From: Clostridia bacterium | Lineage (GTDB): Bacteria; Bacillota; Clostridia; HGM11514 | Length of the DNA: 25,265 bases | Direction of reading: 5' to 3' | Assembly (NCBI GenBank): GCA_045606005.1 | Contig: JAZURC010000156.1 | Location: forward strand, 1 to 25,265 | In this document: positions 9,166-18,258 of the stretch, one piece after another | How positions within the stretch are numbered: the first letter of the stretch is position 1 | Layout: each line of letters opens with the position of its first letter | Made by a program: the position numbers and the translations under genes | Notes under the pieces: model-generated | The model's input: the letters and a program-made list of their open reading frames with translations, nothing else | The model's database searches: none | What the model was told of the DNA's origin: nothing

Positions 9166-10449
9166 ATGGCGATGAGCCAGCCTTTGGCGGACAGATTAAG
9201 ACCCAAAACTCTGGACGATGTGGTGGGACAAGCCCACCTGTTGGGAGAAGGGAAAATTTTGCGGAGGCTGATTGAGTTGGGCAAAATTCCCAATATGATT
9301 TTTTACGGACCCTCCGGAACGGGAAAGACAACCCTTGCCAATATTATTGCAGGGATGACCAATAAAAAATTTTATCGGTTAAACGCCACCACAGCTTCCG
9401 TTTCGGATATTAAGGAGATTGTTTCCGAACTCGACACTTTCGAGGCAATGAACGGGGTGCTTTTGTACTTAGATGAAATTCAGAATTTCAACAAAAAGCA
9501 GCAGCAATCCCTTTTGGAGTTTATCGAAAACGGGAAAATCACCCTGATTTCCAGTACCACGGAAAATCCGTACTTCTATGTGTACAATGCGATTTTAAGT
9601 CGGTGCAGTGTGTTTGAATTTCAGATGGTTCCCCCTGAAGAGATTGCCCGTGCAGTGAACCGCGGGGTTTTGTTTCTGGCAGAAGAATTTCCTGAAAAAG
9701 AAGTGGTGTTTTCTCCTGAGGCGGTGGAGCATATTGCCCACAGTGCGGGAGGAGATGTGAGAAAGGCGTTAAATGCGACAGAGGTGTGTTTGTTTTCCGT
9801 GTTGGGAGCAGAGAAAAAGTGCGAGGTGACCTTAGAGGTTGCGGTAGAAGCCACTCAGAAAAAGGCAATGCGGTATGACCGTGACGGAGACAGCCATTAC
9901 GATATTTTAAGTGCCTTCCAGAAATCCTTAAGGGGAAGCGACCCTGATGCGGCGATTCATTATATGGCAAGACTGTTGGAGGCAGGAGATCTGCCCTCGG
10001 TGTGCCGTCGGATGCTGGTGACAGCAAGCGAGGATATCGGTCTTGGCTATCCCAATGCCATTGTGATAGCCAAAGCCTGTGTGGACGCGGCGTTGATGCT
10101 GGGGCTTCCCGAGGCTCGGATTCCCCTTGCAGAAGCGGTAATTTTGCTTGCAACGGCACCAAAATCCAATTCTGCCGTTTGTGCAGTGGATGAAGCCATG
10201 AATGATTTGAAAAGTCGGGATACAGGAGAAATCCCTTCTCATTTACGGGATTCTCATTACAGCGGTTCGGAAAAACTGGGGCACGGAAAAGGATATGTGT
10301 ATCCTCACAACTGTCCCAATCACTACTATCCTCAGCAGTATTTACCCGACGCCATTCGGGATCGGGTGTATTATCGTCCCGGACAAAATAAGTTTGAGGA
10401 CGGACTGGTAAATTATTGGGAACAAGTGAAACAAAAGAGAGAAAAATAA
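9166..10449 (+). CDS. rarA: Replication-associated recombination protein A (RarA/MgsA AAA+ ATPase)
   Basis: PLADRLRP start, Walker A GPSGTGKT, Walker B LDEI, TTENPYF, SAFQKSLRGSD and SEDIG motifs; RBS AAGGAGG. Confidence 0.95.
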   Translation: MAMSQPLADRLRPKTLDDVVGQAHLLGEGKILRRLIELGKIPNMIFYGPSGTGKTTLANIIAGMTNKKFYRLNATTASVSDIKEIVSELDTFEAMNGVLLYLDEIQNFNKKQQQSLLEFIENGKITLISSTTENPYFYVYNAILSRCSVFEFQMVPPEEIARAVNRGVLFLAEEFPEKEVVFSPEAVEHIAHSAGGDVRKALNATEVCLFSVLGAEKKCEVTLEVAVEATQKKAMRYDRDGDSHYDILSAFQKSLRGSDPDAAIHYMARLLEAGDLPSVCRRMLVTASEDIGLGYPNAIVIAKACVDAALMLGLPEARIPLAEAVILLATAPKSNSAVCAVDEAMNDLKSRDTGEIPSHLRDSHYSGSEKLGHGKGYVYPHNCPNHYYPQQYLPDAIRDRVYYRPGQNKFEDGLVNYWEQVKQKREK

Positions 10450-10484
10450 GAAGAAAAAATTTGCAGAAATCGGCAGATATGGTA

Positions 10485-10513
10485 TTGACAATTTGAAAAA
10501 AAAGAGATATAAT
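10485..10513 (+). promoter_or_regulatory. Perfect-consensus sigma-A promoter
   Basis: TTGACA-17 nt-TATAAT. Confidence 0.85.
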
Positions 10514-10555
10514 AAAGGGGACGTTAAAATACTTATTTAAAGAGGTGTAAGGAAA

Positions 10556-11158
10556 ATGAAGAAAGGTAAATTATTGAGTGCTGTTACGGTCATTATGGGT
10601 ATTATAATGATTCTTTACATAGCAACTCTATTTCTGCCTCACATGGAGTACAGTGCGGCAACACGTGTTCCTACCGGTGTAGGTGAAGAGACAAAATTGG
10701 AAGTAGAACAAAAGAGCATGAGTGTTCTATCCTTCTTGGCATTTCCTGATGCCAGCAAAGAATCTGCAATAAAAACTGGTATTCGGGAACAATTTGGCAG
10801 CAGTGATTATACGATTAACGGTGCCACAACAGGTCCGGTTTTGTTAATTCTGCTTGCAGTTTTAGGTGCGGTATGTGCATTTATGAAGAGTGAAAAATTT
10901 ATTGCATCCCTCTTGCCTTTGGCTTGGAGCATTTTCGGTTTGGTTGTTTGCTTTACGAATACATACATCAAACTGGGCACAGTTGATTACTGGCTGCAGT
11001 TGGCTATTTTGATTGTTGTGGGTATTCTGGCGGTGGTGCTGGGTGCTGTTCGTCTGCCTGATGTTATCGCAGAACGGAAGCAAATCAGAGAGGAAATCAG
11101 AATCACCAAAGAACATGAAAGAGGCATGCAGGAAGCAAGAAAAGCTGCCGGAAAATAA
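10556..11158 (+). CDS. Hypothetical 4-TM membrane protein (200 aa)
   Basis: RBS AGAGGTG/AAGGA; four hydrophobic segments, a long loop after TM1 and a charged C-terminal tail; has its own promoter and terminator. Confidence 0.85.
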   Translation: MKKGKLLSAVTVIMGIIMILYIATLFLPHMEYSAATRVPTGVGEETKLEVEQKSMSVLSFLAFPDASKESAIKTGIREQFGSSDYTINGATTGPVLLILLAVLGAVCAFMKSEKFIASLLPLAWSIFGLVVCFTNTYIKLGTVDYWLQLAILIVVGILAVVLGAVRLPDVIAERKQIREEIRITKEHERGMQEARKAAGK

Positions 11159-11170
11159 GAGAAAAGAACA

Positions 11171-11206
11171 AAGCGATGTACCGATGATCGGTGCATCGCT
11201 TTTTTT
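11171..11206 (+). terminator. Rho-independent terminator
   Basis: AGCGATGTACCGA/TCGGTGCATCGCT stem (one G-U pair) followed by a T run. Confidence 0.85.
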
Positions 11207-11223
11207 ACCCCATTTATTTCCGC

Positions 11224-11253
11224 TTGACGGTGGGGGGAACCATCAAGTATAAT
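11224..11253 (+). promoter_or_regulatory. sigma-A promoter of the M23 gene
   Basis: TTGACG-18 nt-TATAAT. Confidence 0.65.
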
Positions 11254-11289
11254 AATGAGAGGTCAGGTTTTCATCGAAAGGAGACAACT

Positions 11290-12459
11290 ATGAAAAAGGG
11301 CATCTCAATAGGGCTGATAGTTGCAGTTTTATGCATGAGCTTTATCGGGGTAAAAGCAGCAGAAAGCTGGCTTTGGCCAACGGGAAAGGCTTACGGATAC
11401 AGCTCTATTACTTCATCCTATGGGTATCGAACCTACAACAACAAAAATCACAACGGCATTGATTGTGCAGTTCCTCAAGGGACACAGATTTTGGCAAGCC
11501 GGAGCGGAAGAGTTTTGGAATCCTCGTCGGACAGCAGTCGGGGAAATTATATTGTTATCGACCACGGCGACGGATACCAAACGGTTTATATGCATCTGTC
11601 TCAACGAAATGTGTCCTCAGGAAGTCAGGTGCACAGGGGGCAGGTGATTGGTCTTGCAGGAAGGACAGGTTCTGCAAGCGGGGTGCATCTGCATTTTGAG
11701 ATTAAGTTTAACGGAAGTTATTTTAATCCAAATCCCGCTGATTATCCCATTCAAGGCTCTGTTGTAAACGGACAGAGAGGGACTGTTTTCTATGCCTTTG
11801 ACGTACAAGGAGGAATAGGAACGGTTGAATATTCAAAAAACGGCATAACCAACCCGAATCAAATTCTCCAAAAGGGAAGCAGGGGGGCAAGTGTCATGGA
11901 ATTACAATACAGCTTAAATCTATTGATGGGAACGGATTTGAACGTTGACGGAATATACGGAACCAAAACAGTGGATGCAGTAAAACAATTTCAATCTTAT
12001 TACGGACTGAAAGCAGACGGAATTGCCGGACAAAATACCAACAATAAAATCAATGAATTGCTGAAAGGAACCAAAAAAACAGTTATATTACAGATTGGGG
12101 TTCCTGTCATGTGGGTGGACGGTGTGAGTCAAGCAATGGAAGCTGTGCCAATCAAGGAAAACGGTAGAACATTGCTTCCCATTCGTGCGGTGATGGAGGC
12201 GTTTGATGCCTCTGTTCTATGGAACGGAGAGGAGGAATCAGTGACCATTACTCGAAAGGAAACAGAAGTGAAATTTTGGATTGGAAGTACTACCATATAC
12301 CGAAACGGTGAAAAGTATCTTTTGGATACAGCCCCCGTGATACGAAACGGAAGAAGCTATCTTCCTGTTCGTTTTGTGGCGGAAAGTGTGGGCCTTAGTG
12401 TTGATTGGAACGAGGCAACTCAGACCGTTATTATTGAAGGGGAGAGAATGAACGAATAA
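11290..12459 (+). CDS. Secreted M23 family metallopeptidase with peptidoglycan-binding and copper-amine-oxidase-N-terminal-like domains (389 aa)
   Basis: Start moved to ATG 11290 (RBS AAGGAG; signal peptide MKKGISIGLIVAVLC...VKA). Zn motifs HNGID and HLH. PG-binding LQKGSRG...VDGIYG...FQ...GLKADGIAG. C-terminal NGRTLLPIRAV and NGRSYLPVRFVAE repeats. Confidence 0.9.
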   Translation: MKKGISIGLIVAVLCMSFIGVKAAESWLWPTGKAYGYSSITSSYGYRTYNNKNHNGIDCAVPQGTQILASRSGRVLESSSDSSRGNYIVIDHGDGYQTVYMHLSQRNVSSGSQVHRGQVIGLAGRTGSASGVHLHFEIKFNGSYFNPNPADYPIQGSVVNGQRGTVFYAFDVQGGIGTVEYSKNGITNPNQILQKGSRGASVMELQYSLNLLMGTDLNVDGIYGTKTVDAVKQFQSYYGLKADGIAGQNTNNKINELLKGTKKTVILQIGVPVMWVDGVSQAMEAVPIKENGRTLLPIRAVMEAFDASVLWNGEEESVTITRKETEVKFWIGSTTIYRNGEKYLLDTAPVIRNGRSYLPVRFVAESVGLSVDWNEATQTVIIEGERMNE

Positions 12460-12462
12460 ACA

Positions 12463-12501
12463 AAGGGGATGATGCAAAAAATTATTTTGCACCATCCCCT
12501 T
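12463..12501 (-). terminator. Terminator between the convergent M23 gene and glgD
   Basis: AAGGGGATG-A-TGCAAAA/TTTTGCA-C-CATCCCCTT. The A-C mismatch is G-U on the minus strand, where a U-rich tail follows. Confidence 0.75.
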
Positions 12502-12511
12502 ACTCATGTGT

Positions 12512-13639
12512 CTAAATTGCCTGAAATAACGCTGTATCCTGCTTTTTTTCAATGACCGCAGGGAAATCGGGAGTGCCCGAAATGACGGTGCCGGGGTGGA
12601 CAACTGCCCCTTTTTCAATGATAGCATGGTTTAACCTTGCTCCTTCATGAATCACCGCCCCTTGCAATAGAATGCTGTTTTGCACCAAGGCATCGGGTGC
12701 CACGGTAACAAATCGGGACAAAATGCTGTGATGAACTGTTCCGGAAAGGAAACAGCCGTCTGCAGTCAGGCTGTCTGTGACTTGACTCTCCCCGTCATAA
12801 AGAGTGGGGGGAGCATCCTTGATTTTGGTATAAACAGGGCGTGCAGAATGAAACAACTCCCCTCTTACCCCGGGGGTTAACAGTTCCATGTTGGTTCGGT
12901 AATAAGAAGAAATGGAGTTGATACAGGATACGTATCCGTTATAACAAACCCCGCCTGTTCTGAAACGATGCAGATTTTTTATGAGAAATTCGCAAAAAGA
13001 GCAGGTTTCTCCCGTGCGTACCGCCTGATAAATCAGTTGGATTAAGGTTTCCCTTCTCATGATAAACAATTCCATGCAGATATTTGCATTGCTGTCTGCT
13101 CCGATGTTTTTGCTATGTCCGATTAGTGTTCCGCTTTCATCAAACTGCAAGGTATCGCAGTTTAAAAATTCCCGATATGCATGGCGGGTGGGATGATATA
13201 AAACGGTAATTTCATTACGGGACAAGCAATGAGAGTGTATGATTTTCTGTAAATCCATATTACAAATCATGTACGAGGAGGAAATGACCACATAATCCGC
13301 CTCACTTTTTTTTAGGAAACCCATGTTGTTTCCGAAAATTTTTGCATCGTAATTATGGTATCCGAGAAGGGGGTGGTCAAATACAAACAGACCGCTGTGT
13401 TTTAAATTCAAATCCCATGGTTTCCCTGCACTGATGTGGTCAGCAAGGGAACGGGTGCTTTTTTTTGAAAAAATCCCTACCTGACGGATTCCTGCATTCA
13501 CCAGATTGGAGAGCATAAAATCAATCACCCGATACCGTCCGGCAATGGGGACGGTAGCAATGGGACGAAATGCGGTTAAGCTTCTGATTTCCTGTTCCCG
13601 TTCTTCTAAATTTAAAATTGCCATTACATTGTATTTCAT
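12512..13639 (-). CDS. glgD: Glucose-1-phosphate adenylyltransferase subunit GlgD
   Basis: RPIATVPIAGRYRVIDFMLSN and GKPWDL motifs plus a C-terminal beta-helix. Lacks the GGxGSRL motif. Directly downstream of glgC. Confidence 0.92.
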   Translation of the reverse strand: MKYNVMAILNLEEREQEIRSLTAFRPIATVPIAGRYRVIDFMLSNLVNAGIRQVGIFSKKSTRSLADHISAGKPWDLNLKHSGLFVFDHPLLGYHNYDAKIFGNNMGFLKKSEADYVVISSSYMICNMDLQKIIHSHCLSRNEITVLYHPTRHAYREFLNCDTLQFDESGTLIGHSKNIGADSNANICMELFIMRRETLIQLIYQAVRTGETCSFCEFLIKNLHRFRTGGVCYNGYVSCINSISSYYRTNMELLTPGVRGELFHSARPVYTKIKDAPPTLYDGESQVTDSLTADGCFLSGTVHHSILSRFVTVAPDALVQNSILLQGAVIHEGARLNHAIIEKGAVVHPGTVISGTPDFPAVIEKKQDTALFQAI

Positions 13640-13650
13640 TGCGTCCTCCT

Positions 13651-14796
13651 TTATCCTGCAACAACCGATTCCTGATGGGTTTTCGTTTCGGGGCTGATGA
13701 TTTCAATCTCATTACTGTTTCCAATGAAGGTTCCCGGCGTTATGGTGACCTGTTCGCAAAGAATTGCCTTTTTTACATGAGCACCCGAGCAAATCCGACA
13801 GCCTGACATAATTACAGAATCCTCTACCACTGCATCTTTTTCCACTGTAACATTGGGGAATACAACGCACCTTCTTACTGTACCGTAAATCGAGCATCCC
13901 TGAGAAATCATGGATGTTTCCGCCACGGCACAGGAGGCAATATAATGGGGAGGCAGGTCGCTGGGGCGAGTGTAAATCTGCCAGTCCTTGTTATATAAAT
14001 CCAAAGGATTGTCAGGGGACAGCAAATCCAAGTTTGCCTGCCAGATGCTGTTTACAGTACCGATGTCCCGCCAATATCCTGTAAAAGGATAGGCATAAAG
14101 GGAGCTCCCTGATTCCAGCAAGGAAGGAATGATGTTTTTTCCAAAATCATGAGCGCTCCGTTCCTTTTCGTTATCCTCGGTGAGAGCTTGTTTTAATACC
14201 TCATAATTAAAAATATAAACGCCCATGGAAGCAAGGGTGCTTTTGGGATGACGGGGTTTTTCTTCAAAGTCCAGAATTCTTCGGTCGCCGTTGATATTTA
14301 AAATACCAAACCGTTTTGCTTCCTCTTGGGGAACATCTATGACTGCAATGGAAGCTTCCGCTTTCTTTTTTATGTGATGCTTCAGCATTTTGCTGTAGTC
14401 CATTTTATAAATATGGTCCCCCGACAAAATCAATACATATTCAGGATTGTATTGCTCTAAATATGCCAGATTTTGATATACCGCATTGGCGGTCCCCCGA
14501 TACCATTCTGCGGTGGTTTTTCTCATGTAGGGAGGGAGCAGACTGATTCCCCCCCGCCTTACATCCAGATCCCACGGAGCGCCGTTTCCGATATGGGCGT
14601 TTAAATCCAACGGCTTGTATTGGGTCAGCACACCAACCGTGTCCACCCCTGAATTGGTACAGTTGCTTAACACAAAATCAATCATTTTATATTTTCCCCC
14701 AAAGGGAACAGCAGGTTTGGCAACATGAGAGGTCAGTGCACCCAGCCGACTTCCCTGTCCTCCTGCCAGAATCATTGCCACCAGTTCTTTTTTCAT
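13651..14796 (-). CDS. glgC: Glucose-1-phosphate adenylyltransferase GlgC
   Basis: [43 protein letters not shown] and YWRDIGT motifs. Confidence 0.96.
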   Translation of the reverse strand: MKKELVAMILAGGQGSRLGALTSHVAKPAVPFGGKYKMIDFVLSNCTNSGVDTVGVLTQYKPLDLNAHIGNGAPWDLDVRRGGISLLPPYMRKTTAEWYRGTANAVYQNLAYLEQYNPEYVLILSGDHIYKMDYSKMLKHHIKKKAEASIAVIDVPQEEAKRFGILNINGDRRILDFEEKPRHPKSTLASMGVYIFNYEVLKQALTEDNEKERSAHDFGKNIIPSLLESGSSLYAYPFTGYWRDIGTVNSIWQANLDLLSPDNPLDLYNKDWQIYTRPSDLPPHYIASCAVAETSMISQGCSIYGTVRRCVVFPNVTVEKDAVVEDSVIMSGCRICSGAHVKKAILCEQVTITPGTFIGNSNEIEIISPETKTHQESVVAG

Positions 14797-14833
14797 TTCT
14801 GTATCGCCTTTCTTTTTTATTTTGAACCTGTAT

Positions 14834-14862
14834 AATATATGCCATCATACAAAAAAATAGAA
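14834..14862 (-). promoter_or_regulatory. Putative sigma-E (mother-cell) promoter of glgCD
   Basis: Minus strand TTCTATT-14 nt-CATATATT resembles the sigma-E consensus (about TCATATT-14-CATACAAT). Confidence 0.5.
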
Positions 14863-14934
14863 CTGATTTCCTGGTTTACACATGATTCATAAGGCAGGGG
14901 GGTATTCTAAGGGATATGTTGAGCAAAATCCCTC

Positions 14935-14963
14935 TTGCAAAAAGAGTCATTTTATGGTATGAT
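14935..14963 (+). promoter_or_regulatory. sigma-A promoter of the lysA operon
   Basis: TTGCAA-17 nt-TATGAT with extended -10 TGn. Confidence 0.65.
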
Positions 14964-14999
14964 TAAATGTAGGTTAAATAAGTTAGAGGTGAGCAACAA

Positions 15000-16298
15000 A
15001 TGGTCCAAAGTGAAGCATTGAAAATAAATGAACAGGGGCATCTGGAAATAGGCGGTTGTGATACCGTTTCTCTGGCACGGGAATATCAGACCCCCCTTTA
15101 TGTGATGGATGAACAAGTGATTCGAGATAACTGCAGGCAGTACCGTCAGTCCATGGAAGAATTTTACGGTGGACGGGGCTTGGTTTTATACGCAAGTAAG
15201 GCATTTTCTTCCAAAGAAATGTACCGGATTGTGATGCAGGAGGGCTTAGGGGTAGATGTAGTATCCGGCGGCGAATTATATACCGCTCTGTCTGTCAATT
15301 TTCCGGCAGATAAAATCTGTTTTCATGGAAACAATAAAACAAAAGAAGAGCTTACCATGGCAGTAAAAGCAGGAGTAGGGTATATTGTGGTTGACAGCCG
15401 TGAAGAGCTTTTTCTGCTCAATACCATTGCAGGGGAGCTGGGTGTGAAGCAATCCATTTTGTTCCGCATCAAACCGGGAATTGATGCCCATACCCACAGC
15501 TTTGTTCAGACCGGTCACATTGACTGCAAGTTCGGAACCGTTTTGGAAAACGGGGATTCCCTGGAGTTTGCCAAGCTGGTGGCAACTCAGCAAAATATAG
15601 AGCTTTCAGGGATTCATTGTCATATCGGTTCTCAGATTTTTGACGAAAAGCCCTTCCTTCTGGCAGCAGAACGGATGATGGATTTTGTGGTACAGGTTCG
15701 GGACACCTTGGGAATTACCTTGAAAGTGCTGAACTTAGGTGGTGGCTTCGGTATTCGTTATACGGAAAATGACAAGCCTATCGCCTACCGTGACTATATG
15801 AAAAAAATTTCGGAAGCAATCAAGAGAATTGCAAAAGAAAAAGAGATTGAGCTTCCCAATATTTTTATGGAGCCCGGGCGTTCTATTGTGGGCGAAGCGG
15901 GAATTACATTGTACACCGTAGGTTCTGTGAAAGAAATTCCTGATGTCCGTACCTATGTGTCGGTGGACGGAGGTATGAGTGACAATCCTCGGTATATTTT
16001 ATATCAATCCGAGTACGAAATGCTCCTTGCCAACAAGGCAGCGGAGGAGAAAAGTGTTTGCGTAACCGTAGCGGGAAAATGCTGTGAATCGGGAGATTTG
16101 CTGGGTGAAAATGTGAAGCTTCAAAAGGCGGAGGCAGGAGATATTATGGCAGTGCTTTCCACCGGTGCTTATAACTATTCCATGGCAAGCCATTATAATC
16201 GGATTCCCAAAGCTGCGGTTGTAATGGTGAAGGACGGAACCTCCCGTGTGATTGTCCGTCGGGAAAGCTTTGAAGATTTGGTGCGCAATGACATATAA
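15000..16298 (+). CDS. lysA: Diaminopimelate decarboxylase
   Basis: YASKAF (PLP lysine), HCHIGSQI, LNLGGGFG, EPGRSIVG, CESGD and GAYNYSMAS motifs. Confidence 0.96.
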   Translation: MVQSEALKINEQGHLEIGGCDTVSLAREYQTPLYVMDEQVIRDNCRQYRQSMEEFYGGRGLVLYASKAFSSKEMYRIVMQEGLGVDVVSGGELYTALSVNFPADKICFHGNNKTKEELTMAVKAGVGYIVVDSREELFLLNTIAGELGVKQSILFRIKPGIDAHTHSFVQTGHIDCKFGTVLENGDSLEFAKLVATQQNIELSGIHCHIGSQIFDEKPFLLAAERMMDFVVQVRDTLGITLKVLNLGGGFGIRYTENDKPIAYRDYMKKISEAIKRIAKEKEIELPNIFMEPGRSIVGEAGITLYTVGSVKEIPDVRTYVSVDGGMSDNPRYILYQSEYEMLLANKAAEEKSVCVTVAGKCCESGDLLGENVKLQKAEAGDIMAVLSTGAYNYSMASHYNRIPKAAVVMVKDGTSRVIVRRESFEDLVRNDI

Positions 16299-16312
16299 GA
16301 AGGTGAAACAAA

Positions 16313-16960
16313 ATGCTGGAAAAAGGAATTGAACTTCTGATTTCCGTCATAGCGGTATTTGTTTGTATGACGGTGCACGAATGCAGTCATGGTCTGGTGT
16401 CTTATTGGTTGGGTGACCCTACGGCGAAAAAAATGGGAAGATTATCCCTAAACCCCCTTCATCATCTGGATTGGTTAGGGGCGATTTGTATGTTGGTGTT
16501 TCGGTTTGGTTGGGCAAAGCCTGTGCCCATTAACCCCAATTACTATAAAAATTTTCGAGTGGGAACGGTGTTGGTCAGCATTGCAGGACCTATCTCCAAT
16601 ATTGTACTGGCATTTTTGACTTTGCTGATTTACGGAATTGTTCAGATTTTTGTACCCATTCCTGAATTGGTATTGACCTTTATCTGGACAATGGTGTTTA
16701 TGAATTTAGGGTTGGCGGTGTTTAACTGTTTGCCTATCCCTCCTCTTGACGGGTCCAAAGTGGTGTTTGCTCTCCTTCCCGAAAAGGCATACCGAATCGT
16801 ATTGCAATATGAACGATATGGGTTTTTGCTTTTGATGGTATTGATTTATTTAAACGATACTTTTGACGGCTTGTTAAACAGAGGAGTGGACAATTTACTG
16901 CATGGATTGCTACATATTGTAAATTCAATTATTCTTTTGATTGTGAGGTTTACAGGATGA
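16313..16960 (+). CDS. Site-2 protease (M50) family intramembrane metalloprotease
   Basis: HECSH (HExxH), AGPISN and FNCLPIPPLDG motifs; multiple TM segments. Confidence 0.92.
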   Translation: MLEKGIELLISVIAVFVCMTVHECSHGLVSYWLGDPTAKKMGRLSLNPLHHLDWLGAICMLVFRFGWAKPVPINPNYYKNFRVGTVLVSIAGPISNIVLAFLTLLIYGIVQIFVPIPELVLTFIWTMVFMNLGLAVFNCLPIPPLDGSKVVFALLPEKAYRIVLQYERYGFLLLMVLIYLNDTFDGLLNRGVDNLLHGLLHIVNSIILLIVRFTG

Positions 16961-17712
16961 ACCAACAGTTATCCTATAGTCTGGAAGTGTTTGAAGGACC
17001 GCTGGATTTGCTGCTGTATCTGATTCAGCAGAATAAGGTCAGTATCTATGACATTCCCATTGCGGAAATATCCAAACAGTACATGGACTACTTAGAAAAA
17101 ATGAAGGAACTGAATCTAGAGATTACAAGTGAGTTTGTTGCCATGGCGGCACAGCTTTTGTATATCAAATCCCGTATGCTTCTGCCCGTGAATCCCATGG
17201 TGGAGGAGGCAGAGGACCCCAGAACGGAGCTTGTGGAAAAATTATTGGAGTATGCAAAGTACAAAGCCGCAAGCGCTTACTTAAAAGAACGGGAACCAAT
17301 CGGTAAATATATGTTTTGTAAAGAACCGGACCGGCTTCCAAAAGGAAAAATAGAAAATAATCTGGAAAATGTTACGGTGCACGATTTGCTTGAAATTGTA
17401 CAGGAATTACTGCAAAACCGCAAGGAGGAGGAATTGATTCCCCATCGTGCCTTCGGGGAAATTGTGGGTCGGGAAAAGGTGTCTGTTCAGTCAAAGATTG
17501 CCCAGCTTACGGAACTGTTGCGAGAAAAAAAGAGATGCCCCTTTCGTTGGTTGTTTCGTTCTCTTCCCTCAAAGGCACATGTGGTTGCCATGTTTTTAGG
17601 GATTTTGGAACTGTTAAAAGGCGGGCAGATTACCGTATTTTCAGACGGAGAGGTACAGATTGGATTAAAGGAGGGAGCAAAAAATGGAACAAATGACACA
17701 GCAGGAGCTTGA
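16957..17712 (+). CDS. scpA: Segregation and condensation protein A
   Basis: FEGPLDLLLYLI, IYDIPIAEI and LYIKSRMLLP motifs; ATGA overlap with the upstream gene. Confidence 0.95.
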   Translation: MNQQLSYSLEVFEGPLDLLLYLIQQNKVSIYDIPIAEISKQYMDYLEKMKELNLEITSEFVAMAAQLLYIKSRMLLPVNPMVEEAEDPRTELVEKLLEYAKYKAASAYLKEREPIGKYMFCKEPDRLPKGKIENNLENVTVHDLLEIVQELLQNRKEEELIPHRAFGEIVGREKVSVQSKIAQLTELLREKKRCPFRWLFRSLPSKAHVVAMFLGILELLKGGQITVFSDGEVQIGLKEGAKNGTNDTAGA

Positions 17713-18247
17713 TTCCATGTTGGAGGCCATGCTGTTTGCGGCAGGCGCCCCTGTTTCCGTTCAGCGGTTTGCTTGTGCCCTGGAGGAAGAACCTTTGAAA
17801 ATGCGAGAACTGTTGGACGGATTTATGAGTCGGTACAACTATAAGCACGGGGGGCTTCGTATCATCAAATTAGAGGATAGCTATCAGATTTGCACCCGCT
17901 CGGAGCATTTTGAATCCATTCAAGTGTTGTTAAACCCTGCCAAATCCCCCGATTTGTCCCGTGCGGCATTGGAGGTACTGTCCATTGTTGCTTATCATCA
18001 GCCGGTCATCAAATCGGTAATTGAGCAAGTAAGAGGTGTGGATTGTTCGGGTGTAATCAACAAGCTTTTGTCCCGTGATTTGATTGAAGAACGGGGACGG
18101 CATCCCTCCCCGGGCAAACCTATTTTGTATGGGACAACACAGGAATTTTTGCGTTGCTTCGGATTAAGCTCTTTGGAGGAGCTTCCCGGCATCGATTTAC
18201 TGGCGGGAATGGAGCAACTGACCATTGAGCAAATGAAACAGGAATAG
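17684..18247 (+). CDS. scpB: Segregation and condensation protein B
   Basis: LEAMLFAAG, LSRAALEVLSIVAYHQPV and YGTTQEFLRCFGL motifs. Confidence 0.95.
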   Translation: MEQMTQQELDSMLEAMLFAAGAPVSVQRFACALEEEPLKMRELLDGFMSRYNYKHGGLRIIKLEDSYQICTRSEHFESIQVLLNPAKSPDLSRAALEVLSIVAYHQPVIKSVIEQVRGVDCSGVINKLLSRDLIEERGRHPSPGKPILYGTTQEFLRCFGLSSLEELPGIDLLAGMEQLTIEQMKQE

Positions 18248-18258
18248 GAGAGGAACAG

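Noticed and set aside
8765-9175. ORFs 8765-9013 (-) and 8885-9175 (+), and 21365-21649 (+)
   Set aside because: No RBS or recognisable motifs. They run through the structured repeat or terminators, and the ATG of the first is ATA in the other copy.
9987-9992. Using site depletion to infer R-M specificity
   Set aside because: AGATCT (9987) and several RGATCY sites are present, I cannot count exhaustively, and a recently acquired system would leave no avoidance signal.
3373-10162. Long antisense ORFs (3373-4011, 6870-7388, 9539-10162 and similar)
   Set aside because: They are shadows of well-supported genes on the opposite strand, with no motifs or RBS.
11191-11289. Longer N-terminal starts in the ORF track (M23 11191, galT 19071, MATE 23045, DUF308-like 23233)
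   Set aside because: Downstream ATGs fit RBS spacing, promoters and signal peptide better; the M23 extension would cross a terminator and its own promoter.
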